Shown: positions 23,773 through 36,769 of the stretch, piece after piece
Numbering within the stretch: position 1 is the first letter of the stretch
How the letters are laid out: each line of letters starts with the position of its first letter
Assembly (NCBI GenBank): GCA_951406725.2
Contig: OX597823.1
Span: forward strand, 101,556,001-101,620,000
Reading direction: 5' to 3'
Length of the DNA stretch: 64,000 bases
Source: Octopus vulgaris
Taxonomy: Eukaryota
Notes under the pieces: generated by a model
What the model was told of the DNA's origin: nothing
Databases searched by the model: none
What the model saw: only the letters and a program-made list of their open reading frames with translations
Translations under genes and position numbers: made by a program

Positions 23773-24133
23773 ATGAAATACCCTTAATGCTTGCTTTCAA
23801 TGTGACTTACCTGGAGTTCATTTTCGGCATTAGACACACGAAATAATGTATGTGCTTGCATATCAATGGAGTTAACTGCATAATATTTCTTCTGGGCCAG
23901 TTCAGATTCTTTTGTGAAATACCTGAGCTACCTGTCACATGGTTGGTGTCGGAATTACGTGCTCAGCAATTCTAATCGTGGAAAGAAAATGCTGATGAAG
24001 AGCCTTTATTAGAAGGTAGCGTAATGTGTGGGGGAGAGAGAGGGAGAAATGAGGGAGAAAGAGAGAGACAGACAGAGAGAGATGCGGGAGATGTGTATTG
24101 TTGTCATGGTTGTTGTTTAGTTCCAGCTCGTTT

Positions 24134-24360
24134 GGCGGCGAGGTGGCAGAAACGTTAGCACGCCGGGCGAAATGCGTAGCCGTATTTCGTCTGCCGTTAC
24201 GTTCTGAGTTCAAATTCCGCCGAGGTCGACTTTGCCTTTCATCCTTTCGGGGTCGATTAAATAAGTACCAGTTACGTACTGGGGTCGATATAATCGACTT
24301 AATCAGTTTGTCCTTGTTTGCCCCCTCTATGTTTAGCCCCTTGTGGGCAAGAAAGAAATA
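24134..24360 (+). mobile_element. Full-length tRNA-head, Nin/Deu-domain SINE with Tx1-like tail
   Basis: Head TGGCAGAAACGTTAG...GAGTTCAAATTCC; Nin core GCCTTTCATCCTTTCGGGGTCGATTAAATAAGTACCAG; 26 bp TSD (24108-24133 / 24361-24386, 2 mismatches). Confidence 0.85.
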
Positions 24361-24965
24361 GGTTGTTGTTTAGTCCCAGCTCGTCTGTTTCAGCGGACCT
24401 ATGATCATTGGCTTTCCAGTCGTGACTATCCCGCTTTTTCCTATATTTAAGACCATGTTATCCAACTTGACTTTTTCTAAGATGTTAGATTATATTTAAG
24501 TGATATTTGCTTGCTATTTCTTGTAGGTAGACTAACCACGTGCAGGCTCCTCTCCTTGACTCGTTGTAGTAATAATTGTTGCAGCTTGGCTCCAAGTCAA
24601 ACTTTTATTCAATGAACCTATGATCAAAAGCATTCCAACTATGACCATCGTGTCTGTTGTTCCCGTAAGTAAGGAATCCTTGATTACATTATTCGACGTG
24701 CCTGCTGTTTCTAGCAAGTTGATTGACCACGAGGAAGTCGTAGATGTTGATGATGTTGTTTAACCCTAGGTCGTCCCTGATCAAGTAGAACTATGATCAA
24801 AGCTTTGACAGCCATGACCACCCTGTCTTTTTCCTCTGTGTCGTGAACCCGGTGACGTATCTTAACGTATGTGTTCTTTTCGAAGACTGCAGGATGTCAT
24901 CTGAGGGAGCTTTGGCTACTAGTTCTGGAAGTTTAAGCAGCCACAAGTATCATTCCTTAACCTTC
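24361..24965 (+). repeat. Three degenerate tandem copies of an unclassified interspersed repeat of about 200 bp (another copy at about 35430-35640)
   Basis: Recurrent acctatgatcaaa(a)gcattccag(c)catgaccatc...gctatttct...agact motif near 24397, 24616 and 24790. Confidence 0.6.
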
Positions 24966-25007
24966 ATTAACCCATAGCACTGTCTGTCTGTCACTCTATC
25001 TATCCAT

Positions 25008-25102
<95 letters not shown>

Positions 25103-25107
25103 GTCTA

Positions 25108-25152
<45 letters not shown>

Positions 25153-25884
25153 ATGTATGTATCTATATCTGTCAATCTACCTGTCAGACAGACAGATTGA
25201 TCGATAGATAGACAGATAGAAAGATTAAAAAAAAATAGAAAAAAAGCGAGAAATAGGGAGGAAAAGAAAGATCGAGAGAAGAAAACTAAAAGAAATGACG
25301 AAATGGAGCCGATGTATGAAGAAAAGAACTTCGGCTCAGATCCTCTGTTGTTTCCCTATGTGAAGGGAATTCAGGATTGCATTATCCAACACGTTCCTTG
25401 TTCTAAGGAACATGATGGATAAAAGTTGAGTGTAAGAGAGTCAGGAGGCGGAATAAGCGAGAGCAAAAAGGTAGAAAACTACAAAAGGTAGAAAACGAGG
25501 GATTACGGAAAGACATATAAAGCGAGTAAGGAAGTCGGTGAGAAAGAGCGGGAGAAAGGAGAACAAAAAAAGTAAGGAAAAGTTGACAAAGATAAAGAAC
25601 AGGGACAGAAAGGGAGGGTGAGGGGGAGAGTCTAAGTAAAAAAAAGGATTTATAAAATAGAGAGGAGAGAAACAATGAATGAATGAAAAAGAGTTCGAAA
25701 TAACAGAAAATTAAAGGAAAGAAAGAAAGAGGCGAGAAAGAGATGAAAGAATAAAGAACGAGAGAAGAAAAATGAAGGATATGAATAAATATTAAAAGTA
25801 GACAGATGAATTGAGAGAGTGGGGGCTTAGAACAAAATAGGTAGGGAGTTAACGAAAGAGTCAAGAAAAATAGGGAGCTTAGAC

Positions 25885-26079
25885 CAGTGCTCCGCAACCG
25901 GTATGGCACAGTACACTTGTGTGCCACGAGACGATGCTAGGTGTGCTGCAATGTAACCTGAATATAATCCCCCCCCCCCGCCTCCCTATACTTTTAGTTA
26001 TATTTTTAGTTCGGGTGTGCCGCTGAGTTTTGAAAAGAATATAAGTTTCCTGCAAGTGTAAAAAGGCTGCTGAGCACTA
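25885..26079. mobile_element. hAT (Charlie/Buster-like) MITE
   Basis: TIRs CAGTGCTCCGCAACC / GGCTGCTGAGCACTA; 8 bp TSD GCTTAGAC (25877-25884) / GATTAGAC (26080-26087) with central TA. Confidence 0.75.
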
Positions 26080-26241
26080 GATTAGACAAGCAAGAGAGAG
26101 ATAAATAGAAAAATGGATAGACAAATAGACAGATAGATTTATATAGAGAGAGAGAAGAGGGAGAGGGAGAGAGAGAAGACGTGACGCACAAGTGGGGAGT
26201 TTAAGATAAATACAAGAAAAGTAGAGACAAACAGATAAACT

Positions 26242-26389
<148 letters not shown>

Positions 26390-26448
26390 TGAGGGAGGAA
26401 GGGAGGAGTGGGAGATAGACAGATAGAGAAGGGGAGGGAGAGATACAC

Positions 26449-26505
<57 letters not shown>

Positions 26506-26567
26506 TGAGGGAGGAAGGGAGGAATGGGAGACAGACAGATAGAGAAGGAGAGGGAGAGATACAGATA

Positions 26568-29557
26568 AGTTTCTTTATTGGCCACACAGGGCTGCACACA
26601 GATGGGACAAGTTACAAGGTAGAACTTTTCTTTTGGGGGATGAAAAAAACAAAAAACAAAAGAAACAAACAAAAAAAGGGGTGGCGTAGGTTTTCGATCA
26701 AGAGGGATCGTAAAAGGGAAGAAAAGAACAAAAAAATAAATAAATAAATAAAATAAAAAAGAAAAAAGAAAAATAAAAAAAAGAAAAGGAAAAGGAACAA
26801 AAGAAAAGAGAAATGAAAAAAGAAGAAAAAAGGGGAAAAAAGGGGGAAGAGGAAAAAAAACGATCAATAGGGATCGTGTATCACAGTGTTATGATAGATG
26901 GTGTAAAGGGGAAAGCAAGTAAGGTTTATCCGTGGGAAGAAAAGCCTACGAAAAAGACCACGGTAACCTTGGTCAATATTGTTATATGTTACCACATTTG
27001 TTTGCAAGTGGGTAACCCTCTGTTTTCAATTTCTGGGTTCATAGGATTATGCTCACGTCATTCATACGTGCCATCCTTGCTACATTCACCCATCTTTTTT
27101 TAAAACATTCGCTAGACAAAACTTGCCTCTCTACTTTCACTTTCCTTTTCAAGTGGTACTTGAAGAAGGTGATGAGAGATTGACCAGAGAGGAAAGTGTT
27201 TGTCTCCAATCCTTTCAGACGCGTCCACCAGATACATTCTTTCACCATAGCCACAAGGATGATGAAAATAGCTCTTCCTTCCCGTTTGAAGGAAGGAGGC
27301 GTGACAATATTGACGATAGACTCAGCTGATAAACCGACTCGTCCCACACGTGACAGCAGTTGTTCGACATAAGCCCACAGGTCGGAAATTGTTGGACACT
27401 GCACGAGGGCGTGCAGAACGGTTTCGTCGCTCTGACCGCATCTCGGGCAGGTCGGCCCCGTGTTTCTCGAGCCGTGTCTGTACAGCTTATCCCGAACGGG
27501 TAGCGCTTCTCGGTAGCACTGCCAGGCCAGGGATCTCTGGAAGTTGTCCATGGGCCCTGGCCCGAAAGTCGTCCTGAACAGGCGGGTCAGGTACTCCTCG
27601 TCGACGTCCCGGTTCGCCCCGAGCTCGTCGTCGTACCTCCCCTCCACTAATCCCCTATAGAATGCTTTGGTTGTGTTGAAGTCACTCAAGGTCGCCCCAG
27701 GACGGCAGAGTTGCTTGAGAGCAACGCGACACTCGCGGTGCCATTCGCCCTTCCTCGGCCTCTTTTTGATCCACGACTGCAGTTCGGTCATGGAGACGAG
27801 CTGCGGGAAAGCGTGCCTCACAAACGGCGACCACACCTGTTCACCGTCGTCTACGAAGAGCCTGAGATGTCGCAGTCTCAGCGCGTGTCTGCGCATCATC
27901 AACCACGGCATGCCCAGCCCTCCTTTTAACGGGTGTTGACAGCAAATGGATCGCCTGACCATCGGGACGCATCCTTTCCACAAGAAGCGAAAGAGAATGC
28001 GTTGTAGTTTGGTGATGGTAGGGTCGGGACAAGGCACGACGGTCAGGAGGTAGTAGATGACGGACGCGATGTACGTGTTCGCCACCTCCGCCCGACCTTT
28101 CAGGGACAGTTTCCTCTCGGCCCATTGCCGGGCGAGAGTGACCACCCTACTCGTTATCTCGTTCCAGTTCTTCTCCACTTGGAGGTCCGGACCAAACCAG
28201 ACCCCGAGCAACTCAACCGAGCCGTCGGTCCAGCATCCCACGGCGGAGGTGCTGGTGGACGGCATGGGCTTGCTTCTCCAGGTGCCTAGTCGCAAGCCCA
28301 CTGATTTTTCCCGGTTGATTTTCGCTCCTGTCACCGCTTCGTAGTTTTTCAGTGTCTCGCCGACCTGCTCGATGTGCTCGTGGCTAGACACTATGATGGT
28401 GACGTCGTCCGCGTATGCAGACACGCTCGTCCTGCATCCCAGTTCTCGCGGGATGCCCCTCAAAGTTGCCAGCTTCCGCAATAATGGCTCGAGAGTCAAT
28501 ACGTATAGAAGCGACGAGAGGGGGCATCCCTGACGGACCGAACGTGCGATGTCGAAGGGTCTCGATAGATGTCCATTCACGCGAATTACCGAACGTATGC
28601 CTCTGTACAAAGCGGCTATCCAGCCGCGGAAGACGGGACCGAAGCCAGCCGTTCTGAGGACCGCCTCCAAGTATCGATGGTCCACCCTATCGAAAGCTTT
28701 CGATTGATCCAAATTGATCAGCGCCCCACCCATGCCAGGTTCGTTAACTACCCTGTCTATGATGTAGCGCATCAGGTGGAGGTTGTCATGGATGGTCCGG
28801 CCCGGTACGGTGCATGTTTGCGCCTTGTCGACCAGTTTCTCGATGACAAGCGCCAACCTCTTGGCTAGCACCTTAGCCAAAATTTTCAAATCTGCATTAA
28901 GCAGAGTGATGGGCCTAAAGTTATCTATTACATTTCCCTTGTTTAGATCTTTCTTCAGCAGTGTTACGGCTCCTCGGCTCACAAAACCAGGAATGCTCCC
29001 GTTTTGCTGCCAGTTGCAGTACACCGCCGCCAAGAGATCTCCAAACAAGTCTGGCATACAATTGTAAAGCTCGTAGGGTAGACCATCCAAACCCGGTGAT
29101 TTGTCCCTCGAGCATTCTGCCATCGCGTCCTGCACTTCCGCCGCCGTGATGGCACCTTCGCAGCACCCTGCCTTTCTTGTCGAGAGTCGTGGTAGGCTAT
29201 GTAGGTAGGCACTGAAGTCCACCCTACGTTCTTGCCCTCCACTCGTCCTGAACAGTCGGGCAAAAAGCTGCTGAAAGGCCTCACACATTTTACTTGGCTC
29301 GAGCAATTCGCGCCCCTGTTCATCTACCAGGGACCGAATGGTGGCTTTGTTGCCCTGTTGCGCCTCTGCCACCCGGGCCTCTCTCGCGGCTCCAACACCC
29401 TCGTTCCTTAGAGCACGCATCCTAGCTCTGACAGCACATCCTTCGTGTTTGGCGTTGAAGTGTTGGTCGAGGGCCAACCTCGCCGCCAAAACGTCGGATG
29501 CGATGCCGCTTCTAGCTTCTTAACTAGCTCACACTCTACTCTATTTCTATCTATGGC
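26568..29557 (-). mobile_element. 5'-truncated Tx1-like LINE, copy B
   Basis: RT ORF plus 3'UTR ending AATAAAGAAACT; GATA arrays on both sides; probable TSD TAC(AC)AGATA at 26560-26567 / 29558-29567. Confidence 0.92.
27039..29489 (-). CDS. Tx1 ORF2 C-terminal 816 aa (RT + zinc finger), uninterrupted but lacking endonuclease and native start
   Basis: PGLDG, FRPITLLN, DQSKAFD, QGCPLS, YADD, CPRCGQSDETVLHALVQC in one open frame. Confidence 0.85.
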   Translation of the reverse strand: MAARLALDQHFNAKHEGCAVRARMRALRNEGVGAAREARVAEAQQGNKATIRSLVDEQGRELLEPSKMCEAFQQLFARLFRTSGGQERRVDFSAYLHSLPRLSTRKAGCCEGAITAAEVQDAMAECSRDKSPGLDGLPYELYNCMPDLFGDLLAAVYCNWQQNGSIPGFVSRGAVTLLKKDLNKGNVIDNFRPITLLNADLKILAKVLAKRLALVIEKLVDKAQTCTVPGRTIHDNLHLMRYIIDRVVNEPGMGGALINLDQSKAFDRVDHRYLEAVLRTAGFGPVFRGWIAALYRGIRSVIRVNGHLSRPFDIARSVRQGCPLSSLLYVLTLEPLLRKLATLRGIPRELGCRTSVSAYADDVTIIVSSHEHIEQVGETLKNYEAVTGAKINREKSVGLRLGTWRSKPMPSTSTSAVGCWTDGSVELLGVWFGPDLQVEKNWNEITSRVVTLARQWAERKLSLKGRAEVANTYIASVIYYLLTVVPCPDPTITKLQRILFRFLWKGCVPMVRRSICCQHPLKGGLGMPWLMMRRHALRLRHLRLFVDDGEQVWSPFVRHAFPQLVSMTELQSWIKKRPRKGEWHRECRVALKQLCRPGATLSDFNTTKAFYRGLVEGRYDDELGANRDVDEEYLTRLFRTTFGPGPMDNFQRSLAWQCYREALPVRDKLYRHGSRNTGPTCPRCGQSDETVLHALVQCPTISDLWAYVEQLLSRVGRVGLSAESIVNIVTPPSFKREGRAIFIILVAMVKECIWWTRLKGLETNTFLSGQSLITFFKYHLKRKVKVERQVLSSECFKKRWVNVARMARMNDVSIIL

Positions 29558-29562
29558 TACAC

Positions 29563-29652
<90 letters not shown>

Positions 29653-30354
29653 AGTAGAAATTGTTAAGTATAAAGTTGGAAAGTGGATAAAAATAGATAA
29701 GTGGAAAAAAGAAGAAAGTGAATGAGACGAAATGACAGTAAATAAAGATGAATTATTAAAAACTAATAAGAAAAAAATAATAACGAGAAAAAAGCCTAAA
29801 GGTCATAGAAGGTGGACAGAGAAAAGAAAGAAAGTACGAAATGAATTTAATAAAGACAAAATGGAAAGACTGACGAATTGAAATGAAAGAATGGAAGCTA
29901 AACTAAGAATGAAATAGATGGAAAAAAATGAAAGGAAAGAGATTGAAAGATTTAATAATAGTAATACATAAAAAATTCTAGATTTTTTTTCTTTCTCATT
30001 CGATACTTTCACTATTTCTCCTGTTATAAAGTTTAAAACACATTTATATCTCAATGAAAATAAAAATAAAATTATGTCAATATACTTATATATATCTTTT
30101 ATATCTTTTAGGACTTTATATCTTTCATCAGCGAGCATTTGATGAAAGTATTAGATTTGGAAAATAAGAAAAAAAGACTCATAATTATATATGAACATGA
30201 ATATCTCGTTCTTTTAGTAAAACGAACTAAAAAAAATTCTAGCTTCATCCATATTTTGTGGTTGTAGTTCTTTCTCACTTGTTTACAAAATATTTCTAGA
30301 ATTTCAATCATAACTGTCTTTTTGTACATTATTTTGACGTTTCTGACTGTTATT

Positions 30355-30835
30355 GATGTCTAAACCCTCTTGCTTGTTGTCAAAATGCAGGAGGTTACCC
30401 GCGCCATGTCGCACTGAACGACATTATAAAAAGCATTCTCAGCGCAGCCAGTTTTCCCGTCAGGACTTATTGGCCCCATTTGCAGCGATGGTAGGCATTT
30501 GGAGCAATGAGATTAATCCTATTTCTCTTTCGAGAGAGGTAAGTCGCTTGTCTGCAACGCCAGATGTTGGGATACATTTTCTAATGCTAGCACCGTCTCT
30601 TCCGTCATAAACCTGGGAGGTGCCAGTCGCTATGTCAAGAAGTGGAAAATGACTAAGAACAGGTCACTAACGGACATTTTTCGTTTTAGTAACAGTCACT
30701 GTTTAAATCCACGACGTTCACCTGTTAATTTCGGATGAAAATGTAGTACCTGAGGAAAGAACATCGTGAGATTGGGTGACTGGCGGAGCACGTATTACTG
30801 GCTGTTTTTCGCAGTATCACTTTGGTGATATTGTG
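30355..30835 (+). pseudogene. Relic of a CRE-clade (RLE) non-LTR retrotransposon, C-terminal zinc finger/endonuclease region
   Basis: Across frames: LNPLACCQNAGGYPRHVALNDIIKSIL...DGR...RGKSLVCNARCWDTFS...KKWKMTKNRSLTDIFRF...REIG*LAEHVLLAVFR, matching the RHxALNDII / GKxLVWDATCxDT / KxxKY pattern. Confidence 0.7.
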
Positions 30836-31466
30836 ATAAGATTATTGACCAAAAGATAGTGTAGAGTTTGTTTTGCTTTGTATTTTTTTTTTTTTGCCTT
30901 GTTTCTCTTTTGCTGAGTACATGTACTGTTATATTGTAGAATTTGAGAATAATTCTAATTTTCGAAGCCAACCATTTCGTGAATCATTCATTACTATCGG
31001 CAAATACAGTGAAAGCAATGTTTCGCTGATGGAGTTAGAATAAAACGAAACATGCCTAGAATTGTCTCCCATCTCACCTAACAGAATATTGGCTAATTTT
31101 GTATTCAACATTACATATTTGTTTTTGGTTATCATGAATATACTATTAGCAGATTTAATGTATGGAGCTTTAAAAAATAGATCTTGCATATATTACACAT
31201 ATTTTCACATAGGTTGTATGATAGTTAAGTATATTTTTCCGCCATCCAGTACTTAGACGTGTCTATATCAAAAGCACTTAACTCTATCAATAGCTAATCA
31301 ATGCTCAGCCCAAAATAGAATGAGTTGCTACTGTTAGCATGAGGAGAATAATAAACTTTACAGCTGTTCCGTTAGGTTGTTGTACTGTGTTGAATTCCTA
31401 CTGTAAGTGTAACTTGAAAAGAAGAGAAAGCTCCGTTACCACCATTCTGAGATATATGAAAATTAA

Positions 31467-31690
31467 AAGTGACGAACCGGCAGAATCGTCACAGCGCCAA
31501 ACCCAAATGCTTTGTGGCATTTCTTCCGCCATAAAGTTCTAAATTCAAATGTCTCAGGAGTCGATTTTGCCTGTCATTCTTTCGAGGTCAATAAAATAAG
31601 TACCAGTTGAGCACTGGGGGTCAATATAATCAACTCACCTCTTACTTCGAAATTGCTGGCTTTCTGCCAAAATTTGAAACCAATATTATA
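31467..31690 (+). mobile_element. Nin-domain SINE (tail type aaattgctggc...aaaatttgaaacc)
   Basis: Head ggcagaatcgtcacagcgcc; core gcctgtcattctttcgaggtcaataaaataagtaccag. Confidence 0.7.
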
Positions 31691-32739
31691 TGAAACTTAT
31701 ATATGCCCTTACAATAAAATGCGTTCCCGTGAAAGGAGGCAGCATCTACACGCTTTCACTCTCAAATTAAGCAACAGAATTTCTATCCGAATAAAAGGAT
31801 GGAGAAAGGGTCTATCACTAAGTATAACCAACGAGAGCATAGCTATGAAGTTGCTTGAACTGGTAGAAATAGCAGCCAAATCTTTAAATTTTACTCTACC
31901 AACTTAAATGTTATTAAAAGTACTAGACAAACTAATAAGTAATTTTGGTACTTAAGTTCGCACATTTTCACAAATTTATCAATAAATTTCATTGTATAAA
32001 TTTTTCAACTTTTGCCTGTTGTAAATAAAATTGCTATTATAAATTGACTTCATTAATTTTTAATTGATATTCATTAATTTTAAATGAAAGTTCATATGAT
32101 TTAAATTAAAGTTCATAAAATTTAAATCATAGTTCAATTGTTTTAATTTGAGAGTGATTTGTATTCATTTGAAATCCATTTGTATCAATTTGAATTTTAG
32201 TTGTTTTAATTAAAGAGTGAAAGATGTGCTTCTAAAAAGTTATGCGGACAGATTATGCACCTTTTTATACTTACAGCTCTCCAACATACTCAATCTTATA
32301 TGAAGCTTCTTTATCGACGAGCTGCCAAAAAGAGCAATTAAAAGTTCATCAAACTATACATAACCGTCTTTAAAAGATATACATTGGATCTGCATAATCG
32401 TTAGAACGTCAGACAAATTAATTGTGGTATTTTTTCTGCTTCTGAAGGTTCTGAGTTCGAATCACCAATTTCGCTTTTCATCCCATGGGGTCGATAAACT
32501 AACGTATCAGTCAAATACTACTATCAATAGTAAGACTGCTCCTTGTTCATGTCTTACTCAAAGATATTGTCCTACAAAAGTCCCAGAGAGACATTAAAGA
32601 TATTGATCTCACCGGTCTAGGAGAGTCTACGAAAAACATTAGTACTGCTCCTTCCAGTAGACCCAGTAAGTAAATAAGAGAAAAAATATATCCGTGCATT
32701 GAACTCTCTCGTCGAAGATGACGTACGGCTGTTCAGCTT

Positions 32740-32970
32740 TTACCGAAACACCTGCACAAATGATTTGTTTATAGTGATCAAATATTCATGCCGCACATTG
32801 GCTGACTCTCTCCCCATCAAATCGAAATAATCTGAATAGGTGCACGGTGTACCACCCGCCAGGCGTCGAAGTGATCGCAGAGCGATGTGAGATGAAGCGT
32901 TTTGATGAAGAACACAACACACCTCCCGGTCTAGGAGTTGGAACACCCTAACCACTCAGTTATGCGCCTG
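32740..32970 (-). mobile_element. Degenerate tRNA-derived SINE
   Basis: Minus strand aggcgcataactgagtggttagg...ccgggaggtgtgttgtgttcttcatcaaaacgcttcatctcacatcgctctgcgatcacttcg. Confidence 0.45.
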
Positions 32971-32989
32971 GTGGTTATATACGATATAA

Positions 32990-33149
32990 TGAAGGAGGCA
33001 AGCTGGCAGAAACGTTAGCACGCCGGGCGAAATGCTTAGCGGTACTTCGTCTGTCGTTATGCACTGGGATCGATGTAATCGACTTAATCCGTTTGTCTAT
33101 TCTTGTTTGTCCTCTCTGTGTTTAGCCCCTTGCGGGTAGTAAAGAAATA
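32990..33149 (+). mobile_element. Internally deleted Nin-SINE with Tx1-like tail
   Basis: Same head and tail as 24134-24360; 17 bp TSD GGTTATATACGATATAA (32973-32989 / 33150-33166). Confidence 0.8.
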
Positions 33150-34149
33150 GGTTATATACGATATAAGCCTGACTAATCATCAGGCATTGACTTGTATGTC
33201 GACAGAATGTCGGATATGTACAGCACTGAGATAAAAGCTCTTCATTATTATAATAATATCGTACTTCAATATTCTGATATCTTGTGTACATTAGACTTGA
33301 GTCAGCCATCTTATGAATGAATCTGGCTGGGTGAAAACTGTGCAGAAGCCTATCAGAAGAACTGTGGCCGTAATTCAAAGGATCTGGTTTATCAAAAGCT
33401 GTTATGTTAATCCTGTTTCAAGTTTGCATTAAGGATGCATGTGTGTGATGCCTACTCAGTTAAGTACTTACACGCTGATTCAATGATTAGGTAGCTCAAT
33501 TGCTCGAATAACTGAATAATTAACTTACAGCCGAAGTGATGGAGAAACATTAGCATTTCACAAAACAGTACGATTTAATGGATTTGTCGCTGTTTAGTTA
33601 CGTAGTCAAGAGTGGTTGTAATTTACTTCTTGAATTTATTTATCGAGACGGTTGTGAATAAGGTGAATGTGTTTCTTTGGTTGTGGTTTCTTTGGTTTGT
33701 TTGTTCCCAAACAACACTTATTTTAGTGCTGTTGACACCGCCGGATTAAATGGTACTGCCCAGGTGTCGAAACCATAATGATATCCCTGGGGCAGCTAAT
33801 GATGGAAGTATGTTGTATTGTTGGTATGGCTGTTTTTGTATATGTAGAATAGTATTATTGGTATGGATGTGGAATAGTATTATAACAGATCCTTTTGATA
33901 TGTGTGCGTGTGTGTGTGTGTATGTAAATATACACATATATGTACTAAAACCGCATATATTACGTAATTTTACTTTTAGAATTTTCGCCTAAACTTGCAT
34001 TACAAATGGAGATGGTACGAAAACATGTATAATTTATAATCAAAGAAGTGTTAAAGAATTGTCTTCCTCTTCTTTTTATTGGATACATATATATATCGCT
34101 ATGGACTCCGTGTGGGCAGTCATCTAAGAGTTTTTGTTCATCTTGATGC

Positions 34150-34265
34150 TGACATAAGTTCCTTGTTTTTCCTGATGAGAAGGCGGCATAATGCACCCCT
34201 TATTCCTTCGAAATGAGGAATATGCAGCCTTCGAAACATATGTCGAGAATAAAGGAATTTTGTTA
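34150..34265 (+). ncRNA. Type I hammerhead ribozyme with intact core (Penelope/retrozyme type)
   Basis: TGACATAAGTTCCTTGTTTTTC-CTGATGA(34172)-GAAGGC...GCCTTC-GAA(34233)-ACATATGT-C(34244)-GAGAATAAAGGAATTTTGTTA; palindromic stem III, GUC site. Confidence 0.8.
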
Positions 34266-34412
34266 AATCGTCGTTCAGCTCCATTCTTTCATTCATTTGT
34301 ATTAAAAAAAACACACAAATTTCCACACGAAAGCACGTGTTTTTCTGACGTGAATTTGCTACCCAGGTATCGGTTAACCGAATTATCCATACTAAGATAA
34401 TTCATTCAACTA

Positions 34413-34648
<236 letters not shown>

Positions 34649-34886
34649 GGGGGTAATTCTATTGAAATAAAGTATGAAATGAGGAAATGATTTCAAAACC
34701 AGGATTGAATGGTTTATCTACATGAATTAAAAACCACTTTTCCTTTTTTTTTCTCTGTATGTGTGGATATGGAGGGGGGTGTTTTATTTATTTATTTTAA
34801 TTTTTTTTGTTTAATTTTTGGGAAAAGTATCAGCTTTTTACAACACTGATGTTAGAAGAAGAAGAATGTTATGAAAACTACAACTT

Positions 34887-34918
<32 letters not shown>

Positions 34919-35866
34919 GGTGGTGGTGGTGGTGGTGGTGGTTGTGGTGGTGGTGGTGGTAGTGGTAGTGGTGGTGGTGATGACTTCAGTAGTGACAAAG
35001 TCATAATAACTGTGGCGTCCAAAGTCAATTCACGATGAGGACCAATGTGATAAAAATCGTTCGGAGCGTAAATCACCATTTTCCTTCCACATTAGTATTT
35101 AAATAGACACTTTATCTTTCTTTCTTTCACTCGCTATCCCTCTCCCCACTCTATATATATATCTATATATATATATATATATATATGTGTATCTAAGTAT
35201 CACTCACCCACATATGGGGTGTGAGTGCACGTACAAATGATATTCTCACATGCACATGCACGCATACTTACTACTACTACCTCTCCTCCTCCTCTTCCTG
35301 CTACTACTACCTCTCCTCCTCCTACTACTACTACTACGAGCACTACTTGTGGTCTCTGTTTTGGCGGATGTTAATGTTCGCATTTTTGTTGCTGATGTTA
35401 TGGGTGTTGCTGCTGCCGTTCTTTTTTGTTGTTGCTTAACCCTGAACTTTCACCGGTTTCAGCACATAAAACCGAATCAATAGGACCTATGCCTAAAATC
35501 GGTCCTGCCATGACCGCCATGTCTATTTGTTTATCTATAACTACATAGCCAATGTGTTCTTTTGTCATTTTTAAATGTGATTTGAGGGAGATTCTTTACT
35601 ACTTCTGGCAGATCAAGGCACTGTGTAGAGTCACCGTTTCGTTCGCGATGCTGATTTGAGTGGTGTTGTTGCTGTTGTTGCAGACGATGTTAAACGCACA
35701 TACTATATGTGTATATATACACATACATACACTCACAAATATTCATATATTGACACACACACTACGCACATATACATACATATAGAGATCTATAACCATA
35801 CACACACACACACACACATATATATTTATATAAATGTGTATATAGTATATGCATATATAAGTGTAA

Positions 35867-35931
<65 letters not shown>

Positions 35932-35933
35932 TG

Positions 35934-35968
<35 letters not shown>

Positions 35969-36075
35969 GTATGTATATATATTTATGAATGTATATATGT
36001 GTATGCGTGTATGTGTAAGTATGTGTGTGTTTCGTACAAACACATATATATATATATATACATACATATATATAA

Positions 36076-36125
<50 letters not shown>

Positions 36126-36769
36126 GCACATATAATATATATAAATGTATATATATATAATATATATATATGTGTATGTATGTATACAAATACACATACA
36201 TGCATATCTGTAGAGAGAGGGGGAGGGGAGAGAAGAGAGCATTGCCGCTGCTACTGCTATTGTCGCTGTTGTTGTTGCTGATGCAGAGGTTTAAAAGCAG
36301 ACTAAACGGAAGCACGTGGATTCACAGTATCGTCTGCTCAATGAAAAAAAAAGAAAAGCAAAAAGAAAAAAAGTAAACAGAAATGAAAAGGAAACAAGCG
36401 AACATCAGTAAGGAATGTGATTTAAAGAGGTTGGAAACAAGTTGGTGATGGCGGTGGGGGAGGACAAACCGGAGAAAGGAACAATGCTCTTCAATAACGG
36501 ACTCTTCAGCTATTAAATTAGGTCTTTCTCTTGACATAGGCAGTGTTGCACTTGCAAACGTAAATCTCCGCCATTAAATATGAATAAACATGGATGTCTC
36601 GATTATATGTAGCTTGTAGTTTGGCTTTTATAGTTACAGACATGTTTTGTACATATGTACCTATGCGTATGTGGGCGTGTGAGTATGTGTGTATGGTGCG
36701 TTTGGTGTTTCTGTCTATGTTTGTCTGTGCGATGTGTTTATGATTGTCTTTAAGTTTTTGAGAGTATGT

